From IMG/VR virus record IMGVR_UViG_3300035698_018317, positions 62,001 through 126,000 of that record: 64,000 nt of DNA. One strand, given 5' to 3'. The notes beneath the pieces are model-generated. The model did not search any database. It was not told the DNA's origin and saw nothing but the letters and a program-made list of their open reading frames with translations. Both the position numbers and the translations under genes were made by a program. Numbering within the stretch: position 1 is the stretch's first letter; each line of letters opens with the position of its first letter. This document shows positions 19,805-29,669 of the stretch, piece after piece.

Positions 19805-22306
19805 ATGCCTTTTTGGTCTGATTTATATAAATTATGGACGTATGCTTTTGAGAAAGACCCTCTTTCGAGAAGAACTGATGACTCTGGAATTTCTGGTGCT
19901 GGTGTTACACAGCCAGAAGCAATCCCAGACATTAGACAAGACGGAAGTTTTTGGGGTGGTGGTAAAGGTCTAGTACGTCTTCGAGATACGAACGATTTTA
20001 TTGACCTCTCTACCGTCTCAAACAGAAAGAGTAGATACAAAGAATACGAAAGATTAAGGAATGTTCCTGAAATAGAAACCGCCATGACTGTTTTTGCTGA
20101 CGAAGCATGTCTTGCGGGAGCAACAAAAATAGCTACAGTTGCCGAAGGCTTAGTTTCTATCCAGAAATTAGCTGAAACTAAAACAGAACCATTTTTGGTC
20201 TACTGCTGGGATTTTGAAAAAAATGATTACACAATAGGCTGGGCTTCTGACCCACGCTATGTGAAGACAGAGAAAACTATCAAAATCACATTAGATAATG
20301 GAAGATTTTTCAGATGTACCGTAGACCATCGTGTTTTGAGAAGAAACGGTAAATTTATAGAAGCAGGAAAAATAACAGAGGGTATGGAATTAATGCCTTT
20401 CTACAGAATCCCTGCTAATTATGAAAAAACTCAAATAAAAACAAAACAATTCCCAAGAATATTCACATTCACAGATGGCTGGAAGCACGAAAGACAATTT
20501 ATTGATGAATGGAGATTGGGACGTTCTATTGAAAAATATAAAGATGTAAATGCAGCTTGTCGGGCTTTAGCTGCTGGATTAACCACAAGACAAATAGCTA
20601 AAATAATGGGGCATCAATGGATTACCATAGATTCAAAGATAGCCAAAGAAGGATTTACCACTAGCGAAGTAAAATGGCTTGGTAAAAAAGAAGATGTAAG
20701 ACGTGTTATTGGTGTTCACAAAGACCGCACCGAAGACGTATACGATTTGTCAGTAGAAAAACATAAGAATTTCTGCGGCGACTCTTGTATTTTCCATAAT
20801 TGTCAAAGAGGCGATAATAATCACGTATTTGACATTATTTGTAAAGATAATGATGTCAAAAAAGAACTGGACTTTTTATTCTTCCATCGAAAAATGCTGA
20901 ACATGGATAGGAGAATTTGGAGTAGGTCAAAGAATCTCTTCATTATGGGAGATGAATTCTGGGAAATCGTTATTGACCCAGACAATCCAAAAGATGGTAT
21001 CTTAAAGATTCAAGAGTTACCTCCTGATAGTATGTTTAGAATTGAAACCACAAAAGGTAAACTTGTGGAATTCCAACAAGCTAAAGAAGGTCCAGATTAT
21101 CAGGCATTAACAAAAGCTCCGATACCTCAAGCTACAGAATCATCTATACAACAATCAAAAGCATTAAGGTTTACTCCAGACCAGATTGTTCATATGAAAA
21201 TTGGAGATGATAGAAAAACATTCTATCCATATGGTCAAAGTTTAGTAGAGCCAGCAAGAGGCCCAGCACACCAATTGCGTCTGATGGAGGATGCAATGGT
21301 CGTATACAGGCTCTCCCGTGCGCCTGAAAGAAGGGTGTTCTATATTGACGTTGGTAATCTTGCTCCCTATAAAGCAGAAGCTTTTATGGAAAGATTAAAA
21401 GACCAATTTAGAAAGAAAAAAGTTGCTGGTAGAACAGCAGGCACTTCAAGTGGTGCATCTGCTGTTGAAGAAAGATGGCACGCACGGGCGGCTGATGAAG
21501 ATTATTGGCTACCAATTCGTCCGAATGCCAATACCAGAATTGATACTCTCCCCGGAGCACAAAACTTGGGAGAGATTGATGATGCTGTATATTTTAGAAA
21601 TAAATTATTCACGGCTTTAAATTTCCCCAAAAATTACATGTCCAATGAAGATGTGCAAACAACAAGAATTGCTCTATCTGCACAGGATTGTAAGTTTGCA
21701 CGACTTGTTGAAAGATTACAAAGTCATATGGAAGATGGAATTTGGGCTGTTGCTGACCGTCATCTTAAACTACGTGGATTCCCAGAAGAAGCTTGGGAAG
21801 ACCTTATTATAAAATTAACTCCTCCTTCTGATTGGAGAGAGTTGAGTAGAGCAGAAGTTGTCTCGAATAGAATCAACAACGCAAATAGTTTAAAAGGTTC
21901 TATGCTGATGTCTGATTTTGATATCCTTACACAATGGATGAAATTAAATGAAGATGAAGCCCAAGATATGATGTCAAGGATGAAAGTTCAAAAACTTGAA
22001 GATATGAAACTTCAGGTGTTGGCACAGAATCCGCAGCTTCTAGGTGTGGGCGTTCCCGGCATAGGAGGACAAGAAGTTGGGGCTGAAGGGCCAAGTCAAA
22101 TGCCGCAACAACCACCTGAAGGTGCTGGCCCAGAAATGGGTGCGGAACCTCCGCAACAGCCCACTGAAGGTGGAGCACCAGCACCAGCTACATCAAGTGG
22201 AATCGCACTTCCAAAACCATCGACAGGTGACTTGAAGAAGTATGACCTACAAATTCAGACATATAGTAGCGAACAAGACCATGAAGACATAGATTTTAGT
22301 CTATAA
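19805..22306 (+). CDS. Portal protein (T4 gp20-like) with an intein
   Basis: QLRLMEDAMVVYRLSRAPERRVFYIDVGNL, EDYWLP, TLPGAQNLGEIDD, YFRNKLFTALNFP. Confidence 0.93.
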   Translation: MPFWSDLYKLWTYAFEKDPLSRRTDDSGISGAGVTQPEAIPDIRQDGSFWGGGKGLVRLRDTNDFIDLSTVSNRKSRYKEYERLRNVPEIETAMTVFADEACLAGATKIATVAEGLVSIQKLAETKTEPFLVYCWDFEKNDYTIGWASDPRYVKTEKTIKITLDNGRFFRCTVDHRVLRRNGKFIEAGKITEGMELMPFYRIPANYEKTQIKTKQFPRIFTFTDGWKHERQFIDEWRLGRSIEKYKDVNAACRALAAGLTTRQIAKIMGHQWITIDSKIAKEGFTTSEVKWLGKKEDVRRVIGVHKDRTEDVYDLSVEKHKNFCGDSCIFHNCQRGDNNHVFDIICKDNDVKKELDFLFFHRKMLNMDRRIWSRSKNLFIMGDEFWEIVIDPDNPKDGILKIQELPPDSMFRIETTKGKLVEFQQAKEGPDYQALTKAPIPQATESSIQQSKALRFTPDQIVHMKIGDDRKTFYPYGQSLVEPARGPAHQLRLMEDAMVVYRLSRAPERRVFYIDVGNLAPYKAEAFMERLKDQFRKKKVAGRTAGTSSGASAVEERWHARAADEDYWLPIRPNANTRIDTLPGAQNLGEIDDAVYFRNKLFTALNFPKNYMSNEDVQTTRIALSAQDCKFARLVERLQSHMEDGIWAVADRHLKLRGFPEEAWEDLIIKLTPPSDWRELSRAEVVSNRINNANSLKGSMLMSDFDILTQWMKLNEDEAQDMMSRMKVQKLEDMKLQVLAQNPQLLGVGVPGIGGQEVGAEGPSQMPQQPPEGAGPEMGAEPPQQPTEGGAPAPATSSGIALPKPSTGDLKKYDLQIQTYSSEQDHEDIDFSL
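20108..20800 (+). mobile_element. 231 aa intein in portal
   Basis: Starts CLAG; block B CTVDHRV; DVYDLSV; ends FHN followed by Cys(+1) at 20801. The flanks rejoin as FADEA-CQRGD. Confidence 0.92.
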
Positions 22307-22334
22307 TAATACTTTTATCTCGTATAGATAAAAT

Positions 22335-23144
22335 ATGAAGATAAAAGAAGTATTTATTTTATTCTGTTTGTTCTTACCTGCTTGTACTACAAACAACACA
22401 TACAACTATAACAATAAATCTACATCTAATTTGTTTGCTTCAGCCATGTTGCCTACTGTAAAGGTGAACAACAATTCTGGCGCAGGAGTAGTAATAAAAA
22501 TTGTTAAAGGGGAATTAAAAGATAAAGTTTATATTCTTACTGCTGCTCATGTACTTACCCAACTAAAAACGGTAGAAGAAAGAATAGGTTTTCCACCTCC
22601 CAAAATGTTGCCCACGACTCAACCAGCTAAAACGTCAATAATGCCAAATGAACCACTTTCATTAGACGAAAAAGATTTTATAATACTTACAATTACTAAA
22701 AGAGTTGATTTGGATGAACCGAATGTAGAATTTTATGTTTATAATAATGAGAAAGTAATAGAAAAAGTAAGAGCTAAAGGAAAAGTTCTTAAAAGAAATA
22801 AAAAAATAGATTTAGCCTTAGTAGTTGTTGAAACAAGGCCAAATTTAGCAACGGTATCTCGTATAGCCAAAGTCCATCCAAAAATAGGGGACACATTATA
22901 CGCAGTAGGTGCAGGAGGGATATTAAAAGGAACTCCTGTTTTAACCAAAGGAAAACATGGCGGCTTCGCCGATGGCAAAAGCAAAGAAGTTACTGTGGGG
23001 ATATACACCGGAGGAACATTTTTTGGAGATTCCGGTGGCCCTGTCTATAATGATTCTTTCGAACTCGTCGGCATTATTCTAGCTGTACAAGCACCCGCAT
23101 GGCACACAGGGCTTTATTTGAACATAATAAATTTTAATTTTTAA
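22335..23144 (+). CDS. Trypsin-like serine protease, predicted lipoprotein
   Basis: Lipobox LPAC; ILTAAHV, DLALV, GDSGGP. Confidence 0.85.
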   Translation: MKIKEVFILFCLFLPACTTNNTYNYNNKSTSNLFASAMLPTVKVNNNSGAGVVIKIVKGELKDKVYILTAAHVLTQLKTVEERIGFPPPKMLPTTQPAKTSIMPNEPLSLDEKDFIILTITKRVDLDEPNVEFYVYNNEKVIEKVRAKGKVLKRNKKIDLALVVVETRPNLATVSRIAKVHPKIGDTLYAVGAGGILKGTPVLTKGKHGGFADGKSKEVTVGIYTGGTFFGDSGGPVYNDSFELVGIILAVQAPAWHTGLYLNIINFNF

Positions 23145-23152
23145 ATTAAAAT

Positions 23153-23455
23153 TTATTCTTCATCACCATCTTCTAAGCCGGGACTGCCATCTGCGTCTGA
23201 TGGGACAACTTCATCTTTATTCACATCGTCCTCATGCGGAGATGTTGGGCCTTCATCAGCATTAACGTCATTTAACATCGACTTAATCTCTGGGTCCATA
23301 TCCGCTAATTGAGCAATAAATCGCTCTACGTGCTTGCGATGTTTTCTCCAAGCAACTTTACAAATTCTGAAAATAACATCTTCAGACAATTCCTTTATTT
23401 CAGGATTAACGCCTGATTCTTCTTGTTCGATGAAGTAGTCTGTAAATCTTTTCAT
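23153..23455 (-). CDS. Hypothetical acidic protein with CTS-like N-terminus (MKRFTDYFIE)
   Basis: 100 aa ORF. Confidence 0.6.
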   Translation of the reverse strand: MKRFTDYFIEQEESGVNPEIKELSEDVIFRICKVAWRKHRKHVERFIAQLADMDPEIKSMLNDVNADEGPTSPHEDDVNKDEVVPSDADGSPGLEDGDEE

Positions 23456-23599
23456 ATAAATTTCCTCAGTTTTGGCCGCTCGTGCATACTATATCTATAG
23501 TCGTGATACAGATATTGTCGAAAAAGTTTATGTAGAAAGGCGATACAAAAAAAAATAATTCTAAACAAGAAGCTTGCAAGCTATTAGGAGTCACATATT

Positions 23600-25489
23600 A
23601 TGAAGAGAAAATTAATCAGCTATGATGTATTCGAGAGTATCAACCGTGATTCACTCTCTAACTCAGAGCAAGAATTGGCCGAGGCCGCACCCATTTTAGC
23701 GAGGGCATTACAAGTAGAGCAGCTAGAGTTGCTAAACTTTGGTCCCGATAACGTTCTTTTTGAAGCTATTGACGGAACTTATGTTCATGCTAGTTATGTA
23801 ATGAACAAAGACCAAATCAGTTTCGAAAATATCGAACAGCTAGCCATCGACGATGAGACAGAAAAAGAAGCTTCGAAAGACGCTGTTTCTTTAATGCTCG
23901 ACGCAATCATCGAAGGTAACACCGACAAAGCAAATGCACATTTCGATGAGTATGTTTCACTACCTAATACTCAGCGTGAAATGAAAGAAGGCTTTGCTAT
24001 CAAATCCCAAGTAACTACGGGTCGTGGTACTCATAGTAAGAAAAAGGGAAAGAAACGTGCAGGCGGAAACCGTGCAGCACGCATGGCTGGTAAAACCAGA
24101 AAACGTCGTGACCGTTCACTGACTCCGGGCTTGAGAAAACTCATGGACCGCAAAAGAGACATCGCAAGAAAGAAACTTGGTGGACGTGACGCAAAAACCG
24201 AGCGTGGACAAAGACAAGTAAGAGTTACGCTTCGTAGAGTAAAGCCATCCTCAATGAAGGAATGGAATAACATTTGCGAAAACGTTTTTGATTATATTGA
24301 TTACAAAACGTATGGACCCGTTCTTGATAAGGCAACAATTGGACATGATGACAGCGGCAACGTAGTCAACGTATCAATTCCAAAGATTAAGACCAGAAAT
24401 GAAGCAAAACTTCTTAGTTTCGACTGGAAGACAATGGCAACTGACGTGAAGGTTCTTCGTGGAACTGGTAAATGCCTTTGTGAAAGCACTGATTTCTGCA
24501 AATCAATCGCAGACCTGAAAAGACAAAATGCTGTTTCCGATAGTGCCGCTCTGGAAGAGTCGCTTGAAAATATCGTCGGTCAGTGGCCGAATGTTTTATA
24601 TCTGACGCAGGAAGAGCTAACTGGAACCATTAAGTGTGCATTAGAAACTGTTAATGCTAAAAATTATGATGACAGCACATGCGAATTTATGTCAGAAGGT
24701 ATTCTGAGAACAGCACATCACGCTTACGTAGACAGAGTAGAAAAAATTATGCAACTCTCTGGCTCAAAAGTAAACGAAGATGCAGAAGATGCATATTCCG
24801 AGTTTAAGACTACTGTAGATGCTTATTTCCCAACATTAGACGAATCAGCAATGTCGGAAATGCAAATATTCGCTGACCTTTATGAAGCGATTAGAAGCAT
24901 CCATGGATTAGCCGTAGAAGATGGTGATAAGGAACTTGCAACTGAGACTGGCGCACAACTCGAAGAGTTGATTCCTGTCTTGCAGCAAGAAGTAGCTCCT
25001 TCGCTTGAAATCGCCGCAGAAGCAGCCGCTTGGCTGACAAGTGTGGTTGAGACCAATTTGGAAACTACTCCTTGGGACGCATCAGGAATGAGTCCTAATA
25101 ATCAAGTATACATCACCAACCATGGCGAACATCCCAGAATGGCACAAAATGCTAAGAAGGGTTATTCACCAGCAGCCGATTTCTCTGGTAATTGGGGCGA
25201 CTCAGCACCAGTAAGTGATGGAAAAAGTTATACAGGCGGCGAAGCTGATGAGATGAGAAGCCGTGCTTGGGGTAATATCGGCGGTGGCGATACATATCCT
25301 TCATTACAAAACCCATACATTCCTTCCTCACAGGTTCCTACTATGATTCCGGCAACGGGCGTAGATAAGGAAGCTGGTAACGGTGTGAATGATGGTGGGA
25401 GTGACACATGGCCTGCATTGCAGAATCCATATATCCCACAGGCCGGTGATTATACAATCAAAGGCGAAACAGGCGTAGATAAACTTTAA
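23600..25489 (+). CDS. Probable prohead core/internal protein
   Basis: Lies directly upstream of the protease, scaffold and MCP genes; internal Arg/Lys block; C-terminal repeats (PxLQNPYIP and TGVDK, each twice). Confidence 0.6.
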   Translation: MKRKLISYDVFESINRDSLSNSEQELAEAAPILARALQVEQLELLNFGPDNVLFEAIDGTYVHASYVMNKDQISFENIEQLAIDDETEKEASKDAVSLMLDAIIEGNTDKANAHFDEYVSLPNTQREMKEGFAIKSQVTTGRGTHSKKKGKKRAGGNRAARMAGKTRKRRDRSLTPGLRKLMDRKRDIARKKLGGRDAKTERGQRQVRVTLRRVKPSSMKEWNNICENVFDYIDYKTYGPVLDKATIGHDDSGNVVNVSIPKIKTRNEAKLLSFDWKTMATDVKVLRGTGKCLCESTDFCKSIADLKRQNAVSDSAALEESLENIVGQWPNVLYLTQEELTGTIKCALETVNAKNYDDSTCEFMSEGILRTAHHAYVDRVEKIMQLSGSKVNEDAEDAYSEFKTTVDAYFPTLDESAMSEMQIFADLYEAIRSIHGLAVEDGDKELATETGAQLEELIPVLQQEVAPSLEIAAEAAAWLTSVVETNLETTPWDASGMSPNNQVYITNHGEHPRMAQNAKKGYSPAADFSGNWGDSAPVSDGKSYTGGEADEMRSRAWGNIGGGDTYPSLQNPYIPSSQVPTMIPATGVDKEAGNGVNDGGSDTWPALQNPYIPQAGDYTIKGETGVDKL

Positions 25490-25501
25490 ATAAAGCGAGG
25501 T

Positions 25502-26230
25502 ATGATAATGGAATTACTTCTGGAACATGATGTAACTCCGGGAACGAGTTATGATGAATGCCTGCTATATGGCGGGGGTGGATTCGTTCTCAACGAGGCC
25601 GTAAACCTCAATGAAGCAGCAGATGCGAGTGTTAAGACCGTTAAGTTTCGTGGAAAATTTCAAGAAGCTGACGCAGTTAACAAAAACAAAAGGTCGTACC
25701 CGTATAAGGTGCTCAATACCAATTTAACGAGACTTGAAGAAATGATGAACAGCGGGGGTCTGTGTGGTGAGTTAGACCACCCCACAGATTCCATTGTTCA
25801 CTTTGCCAATGCATCTCATAAAATTGTTAAACTCTGGTGGGAAGATAATGTCATGATGGGTGAAGGATATATCCTTAACACACCACATGGAAAAATTCTT
25901 CGTTCGCTCATCAATGATGGCGTAAGAATCGGAATTAGCAGTAGAGGCGTAGGCAACGGACAAGTCGATGAAAATGGTATACTTGTCATTGGGGAAAGTT
26001 ATAAATTGATAACATTTGATGCTGTTGCAGACCCAAGTACGCACGCAGCATTTCAGAAAAAAGTAACAAGTAGTACTCATGAAAGTGTCATGCCTACTAC
26101 CGTAATTGATAATAATTCTCAGAAAAATGAAGCCAGCAGCATAGATACCGTCAGCAAAGAGGTTCTATTAGCTTGCATCACTGGAATTGCGAACAGAACC
26201 ACTAATAAAATTAAAGCGAGGTTGAGCTAA
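25502..26230 (+). CDS. Prohead core protein protease (T4 gp21-like)
   Basis: NKNKRSY, GELDHP, GISSRGVG, FDAVADPS. Confidence 0.92.
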   Translation: MIMELLLEHDVTPGTSYDECLLYGGGGFVLNEAVNLNEAADASVKTVKFRGKFQEADAVNKNKRSYPYKVLNTNLTRLEEMMNSGGLCGELDHPTDSIVHFANASHKIVKLWWEDNVMMGEGYILNTPHGKILRSLINDGVRIGISSRGVGNGQVDENGILVIGESYKLITFDAVADPSTHAAFQKKVTSSTHESVMPTTVIDNNSQKNEASSIDTVSKEVLLACITGIANRTTNKIKARLS

Positions 26231-27156
26231 TGGATAAAATCATGGAAGCATTAAGTAAACTTTTACCTGAAGACCAAGTAAAAGAAGTAGCCACGGCTGT
26301 TGAGGGAGTACTCAATGACTCAAAGGCTGAATTGGAAAAAGAATACAATGACCAACTAGAAAAAGCTTATGAAGGTCTTACCAGTGAGCTTAAGGTTGCT
26401 GAAGAAACCGGCGAACAAGGATACCATGAAGCTTTTGGTGTTATCCAAGACCTACGCAATCGTCTAGAAACTCAGAGAACTGAATTCGAGACTGCTCTCG
26501 AAGAAGGTTACGAAGAGGCATATCAGATGTTGGTCACCGAACGTGGCAAAAACGATAACATTTCTACTGACCTCTACGAAGAGTACGATAAGAAACTCAG
26601 CGAAATGAAAGAATTCTTGGTTGACAAGATTGATGAATTCCTTCAACAGAAAGGTTCAGAGCTTTATGAGCAAGCAAGACGTGATGTTCTTAATGACCCA
26701 CGCCTAGTTGAACATAAAGTTACACTTCAGAAAATAATTGAACAAGTTTCTGACTATATTACAGATGAAGATTATGCATTGGCAACAACTGCAAAATTGG
26801 AAGAGTCTGATAAGAAAATTGATGAGCTTAAAGGCCAGTACAGATTGCTTGAAGCTCGTAACATCAGAATGTCTACCGAAAACACAAAACTAACTGAACA
26901 AGTTCGTCAAGACAAAGAACTGATTCAGGAACATACAACGAATGACGCAGACGCACAAAAGAAAGAAAGAACTGAAAAGGCAAAGAATGTGACGGGGCGA
27001 GGAAGCAAAGAACTTGAAACTGTAGAAGTTATTGGTGAGCATCAAGAAGCTACAGTTCCAACCGAAGGTGGTGATAATACCATCTCCGAAAGTATGACAC
27101 CAGCAGCAATCCGTCAGATGAAGGTATTGTCTGGTCTCATTCGTGACGATGAATAA
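26230..27156 (+). CDS. Prohead scaffolding protein (gp22-like)
   Basis: Acidic coiled coil between the protease and MCP genes. Confidence 0.75.
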   Translation: MDKIMEALSKLLPEDQVKEVATAVEGVLNDSKAELEKEYNDQLEKAYEGLTSELKVAEETGEQGYHEAFGVIQDLRNRLETQRTEFETALEEGYEEAYQMLVTERGKNDNISTDLYEEYDKKLSEMKEFLVDKIDEFLQQKGSELYEQARRDVLNDPRLVEHKVTLQKIIEQVSDYITDEDYALATTAKLEESDKKIDELKGQYRLLEARNIRMSTENTKLTEQVRQDKELIQEHTTNDADAQKKERTEKAKNVTGRGSKELETVEVIGEHQEATVPTEGGDNTISESMTPAAIRQMKVLSGLIRDDE

Positions 27157-27182
27157 CAAACCAAACCTAAAGAGGATTTAAT

Positions 27183-28622
27183 ATGAATGCAAATGCAAGA
27201 TTTCTCAACGAAGCCCGTGAATTAGAGGGACGTTGGGGCCAAACTGGTTTGCTAGATGGCATCGAAGACCGATTTGTTCGCTCAACAACGGCAGTGCTTT
27301 TAGAAAACCAAAGACTGATGAATGAAGTTTCGACGGACACGAGTGATATCGCTCAGTTCAAAAGAATTTCTATTCCATTAGTAAGACGTATTTACCCCCA
27401 GTTGATTGCTAACAAAGTTGTATCCGTACAGCCTTTGCTTGGTCCTACTGGATTAGTTTACTACCTGAGATTCCGCTACAGCAGCAACAAGGGCACAATT
27501 CAGGGTGCAACAAACAATAGTGGTTTCCCGACTGATGACGCTAACAGTTTACAGCAACTCGCCTCGGGTGATGCAAACCTCAATATTTTCTACAGTAGCC
27601 AATTCGTAGAAAATGAGACAAGCAGCACTGATGATGGCGTTGATGTAACTTCAGTCTTCACCCCGTTGCAGCATACGCCGATTCTTGCTGGAACAATGAC
27701 TGGTACGATTTATGACGGTGCAACCGCCATTCAGACATACACAGTAAGTGAAGCTGGTGTTTTCACCTTTAGTAATATTGGTGCAGCAGCCGCAATCTTA
27801 GTAACCGCTGGAGCACTTGATGTTACCACTGGTGAATTAACCTTAACTTGGAGTGCTGCTCCGGGTGCAAACAATGTTATTACTAGTTATGAGTATAACA
27901 TGGAATGCAACCAAGACCTTCCAGAAATCAACTTGGTCATCGAGTCGGAAGAAATCGTTGCCAAAACGAGAAAACTGAAAGCAGTCTGGAGTTACGAGGC
28001 ACAGCAAGACCTGCGTTCGCAACACAACCTCGATGCAGAGGCCGAGTTGACCGCAGTTCTGGCACAAGAAATTAACTTGGAAATTGACCGTGAAGTTCTG
28101 ACTGACCTTCGCAACAATGCAGGTACAGTTTCCTCATGGGACTTCAACACCGCACTTGGCGATACGATTAAAGAGAAGTATGAATCTCTCTACGTCAAGG
28201 TCGTAGAAGTTTCGAACGTCGTTCACCGTAAGACCCTGAGAGGCGGGGCAAACTGGATTGTGACTTCACCAGAAGTAGCATCCATCTTTGAAACCGCCAC
28301 CGCTGGTTTCGCACCAGCTTCCTCAGAGACTTTCACCAGCAGCCTCGGCATCCAGTATGTTGGTACAGTTAACAACCGCTGGAGAATGTACAAAGACCCG
28401 CTGTTCCCGACTGGTCAGATTTTGATGGGTTATAAGGGCGACAGCTACATGGATAGTGGTTATTTCTACTGCCCATACGTACCGCTGACACAGACCCCAG
28501 TTGTTCTTGACCCAGAGAGCTTCTGCCCACGTAAGGGTATCTTAACACGCTACGGAAAAAAACTTTTGAGGGAAGGTGCAAAATTCTATGCCCGACTTTC
28601 GATTGCGAACTTCGTTATCTAA
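27183..28622 (+). CDS. Major capsid protein (T4 gp23 family)
   Basis: QPLLGPTGLVY, RKLKAVWSYEAQQDL, DAEAEL, EINLEIDRE, YCPYVPL. Confidence 0.95.
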   Translation: MNANARFLNEARELEGRWGQTGLLDGIEDRFVRSTTAVLLENQRLMNEVSTDTSDIAQFKRISIPLVRRIYPQLIANKVVSVQPLLGPTGLVYYLRFRYSSNKGTIQGATNNSGFPTDDANSLQQLASGDANLNIFYSSQFVENETSSTDDGVDVTSVFTPLQHTPILAGTMTGTIYDGATAIQTYTVSEAGVFTFSNIGAAAAILVTAGALDVTTGELTLTWSAAPGANNVITSYEYNMECNQDLPEINLVIESEEIVAKTRKLKAVWSYEAQQDLRSQHNLDAEAELTAVLAQEINLEIDREVLTDLRNNAGTVSSWDFNTALGDTIKEKYESLYVKVVEVSNVVHRKTLRGGANWIVTSPEVASIFETATAGFAPASSETFTSSLGIQYVGTVNNRWRMYKDPLFPTGQILMGYKGDSYMDSGYFYCPYVPLTQTPVVLDPESFCPRKGILTRYGKKLLREGAKFYARLSIANFVI

Positions 28623-28643
28623 AGGATAGTAAAGCAAATAAAG

Positions 28644-28674
28644 AAGCCCCGTCAGTAATGGCGGGGCTTTTTTT
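28644..28674 (+). terminator. Rho-independent terminator after MCP
   Basis: AAGCCCCGTC/GGCGGGGCTT stem followed by a T-run. Confidence 0.88.
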
Positions 28675-28679
28675 ATTCT

Positions 28680-29201
28680 CTACCATGCACTATAAATTAG
28701 ATAATCATTCTCCCAATCAAACGTTCGGTAAATATATACTAAATTAAAAATTGCGTATTCATGTTTCCAAGAACATGCCATTTCTCCGTCTGGATTCTCT
28801 TGGTCCAACACATAAGGTTTATAGTCAAACTTACTTTCCCATTCCATATGCATCTGTTGTGCATGAATTTTCAATTCTTCAAATGTAGCTGTAGTCAATT
28901 TTTTATAGGATTCCTCTACCCAACTGGCGAATAATTGAATCAGCTTTTTCAAACCTTCTTTAGTGAGAATGCTAAATTGTGACTCATACTCACTCATAAT
29001 ATCGAAGTTATAGAAGTCTGACAACTCTTCTGTCTCAAACAAAAGGTACTTACCTATCTCATACAATTGCGTGTGTCCGGGTGGGCGGTAGGGGGAATAA
29101 TGAGACCTATCCATCATAGCGTCTACTTCGTCACTTGTTTTATCTGCATACTTTGCTCTTGCATCTTTACTAATCTTACCTAATCTATAACGATAACCCA
29201 T
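28680..29201 (-). CDS. Hypothetical protein
   Basis: 173 aa ORF. Confidence 0.6.
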   Translation of the reverse strand: MGYRYRLGKISKDARAKYADKTSDEVDAMMDRSHYSPYRPPGHTQLYEIGKYLLFETEELSDFYNFDIMSEYESQFSILTKEGLKKLIQLFASWVEESYKKLTTATFEELKIHAQQMHMEWESKFDYKPYVLDQENPDGEMACSWKHEYAIFNLVYIYRTFDWENDYLIYSAW

Positions 29202-29205
29202 AATA

Positions 29206-29556
29206 TTAATTCCTTTTTTCCCATTTACATCCTAATATAATTCTCATCATCCAACGATGAAAAAAGTTTGGAACTCCTCCCAAACCCGGAGTCAAAGTCA
29301 TACCATTGCTTCCATTAGAACCAAATAAGTGGCAACACCATTCATCTTGTCCTTGGTTTGGAGCTTGGATATTAAATTGTTCTTGGGGGATTACATCAAT
29401 TTCATATTCTGGTTCTTGGTAAGGAACTACATCATCACTTTCCCATGCTTGGGTATTAAATTGTTCTTGGGGGATTACATCAATTTCATATTCTGGTTCT
29501 TGGCAAGGAACTACACCATCACTTTCCCATCCAAGATTGAGTTTTTTCGATTTCAT
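29206..29556 (-). CDS. Hypothetical protein with a 28 aa internal duplication
   Basis: Start placed at ATG 29556, 6 nt after a TATAAT box (ORF track 29206..29610). Confidence 0.55.
   Translation of the reverse strand: MKSKKLNLGWESDGVVPCQEPEYEIDVIPQEQFNTQAWESDDVVPYQEPEYEIDVIPQEQFNIQAPNQGQDEWCCHLFGSNGSNGMTLTPGLGGVPNFFHRWMMRIILGCKWEKRN
29363..29530. repeat. 84 bp tandem duplication (2 copies)
   Basis: Units start at 29363 and 29447 and differ at only a few positions. Confidence 0.95.
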
Positions 29557-29562
29557 AAATTT

Positions 29563-29591
29563 ATTATACATAAAAACAATAAATTTTTCAA
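29563..29591 (-). promoter_or_regulatory. Near-consensus sigma70 promoter
   Basis: TTGAAA-17 nt-TATAAT, then 6 nt, then ATG. Confidence 0.75.
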
Positions 29592-29592
29592 T

Positions 29593-29620
29593 AAAAAAAG
29601 ACCCGCTCAATGGCGGGTCT
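29593..29620 (-). terminator. Rho-independent terminator
   Basis: AGACCCGC/GCGGGTCT stem with a T-run on the minus strand. Confidence 0.8.
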
Positions 29621-29669
29621 ATCTCCTTCGGCTCTTACATTGTTTCCAATGGCCGATAAGTTTTTTAAT

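Noticed and set aside
29363-29530. CRISPR-like array
   Set aside because: The whole 84 bp unit is duplicated and has no unique spacer.
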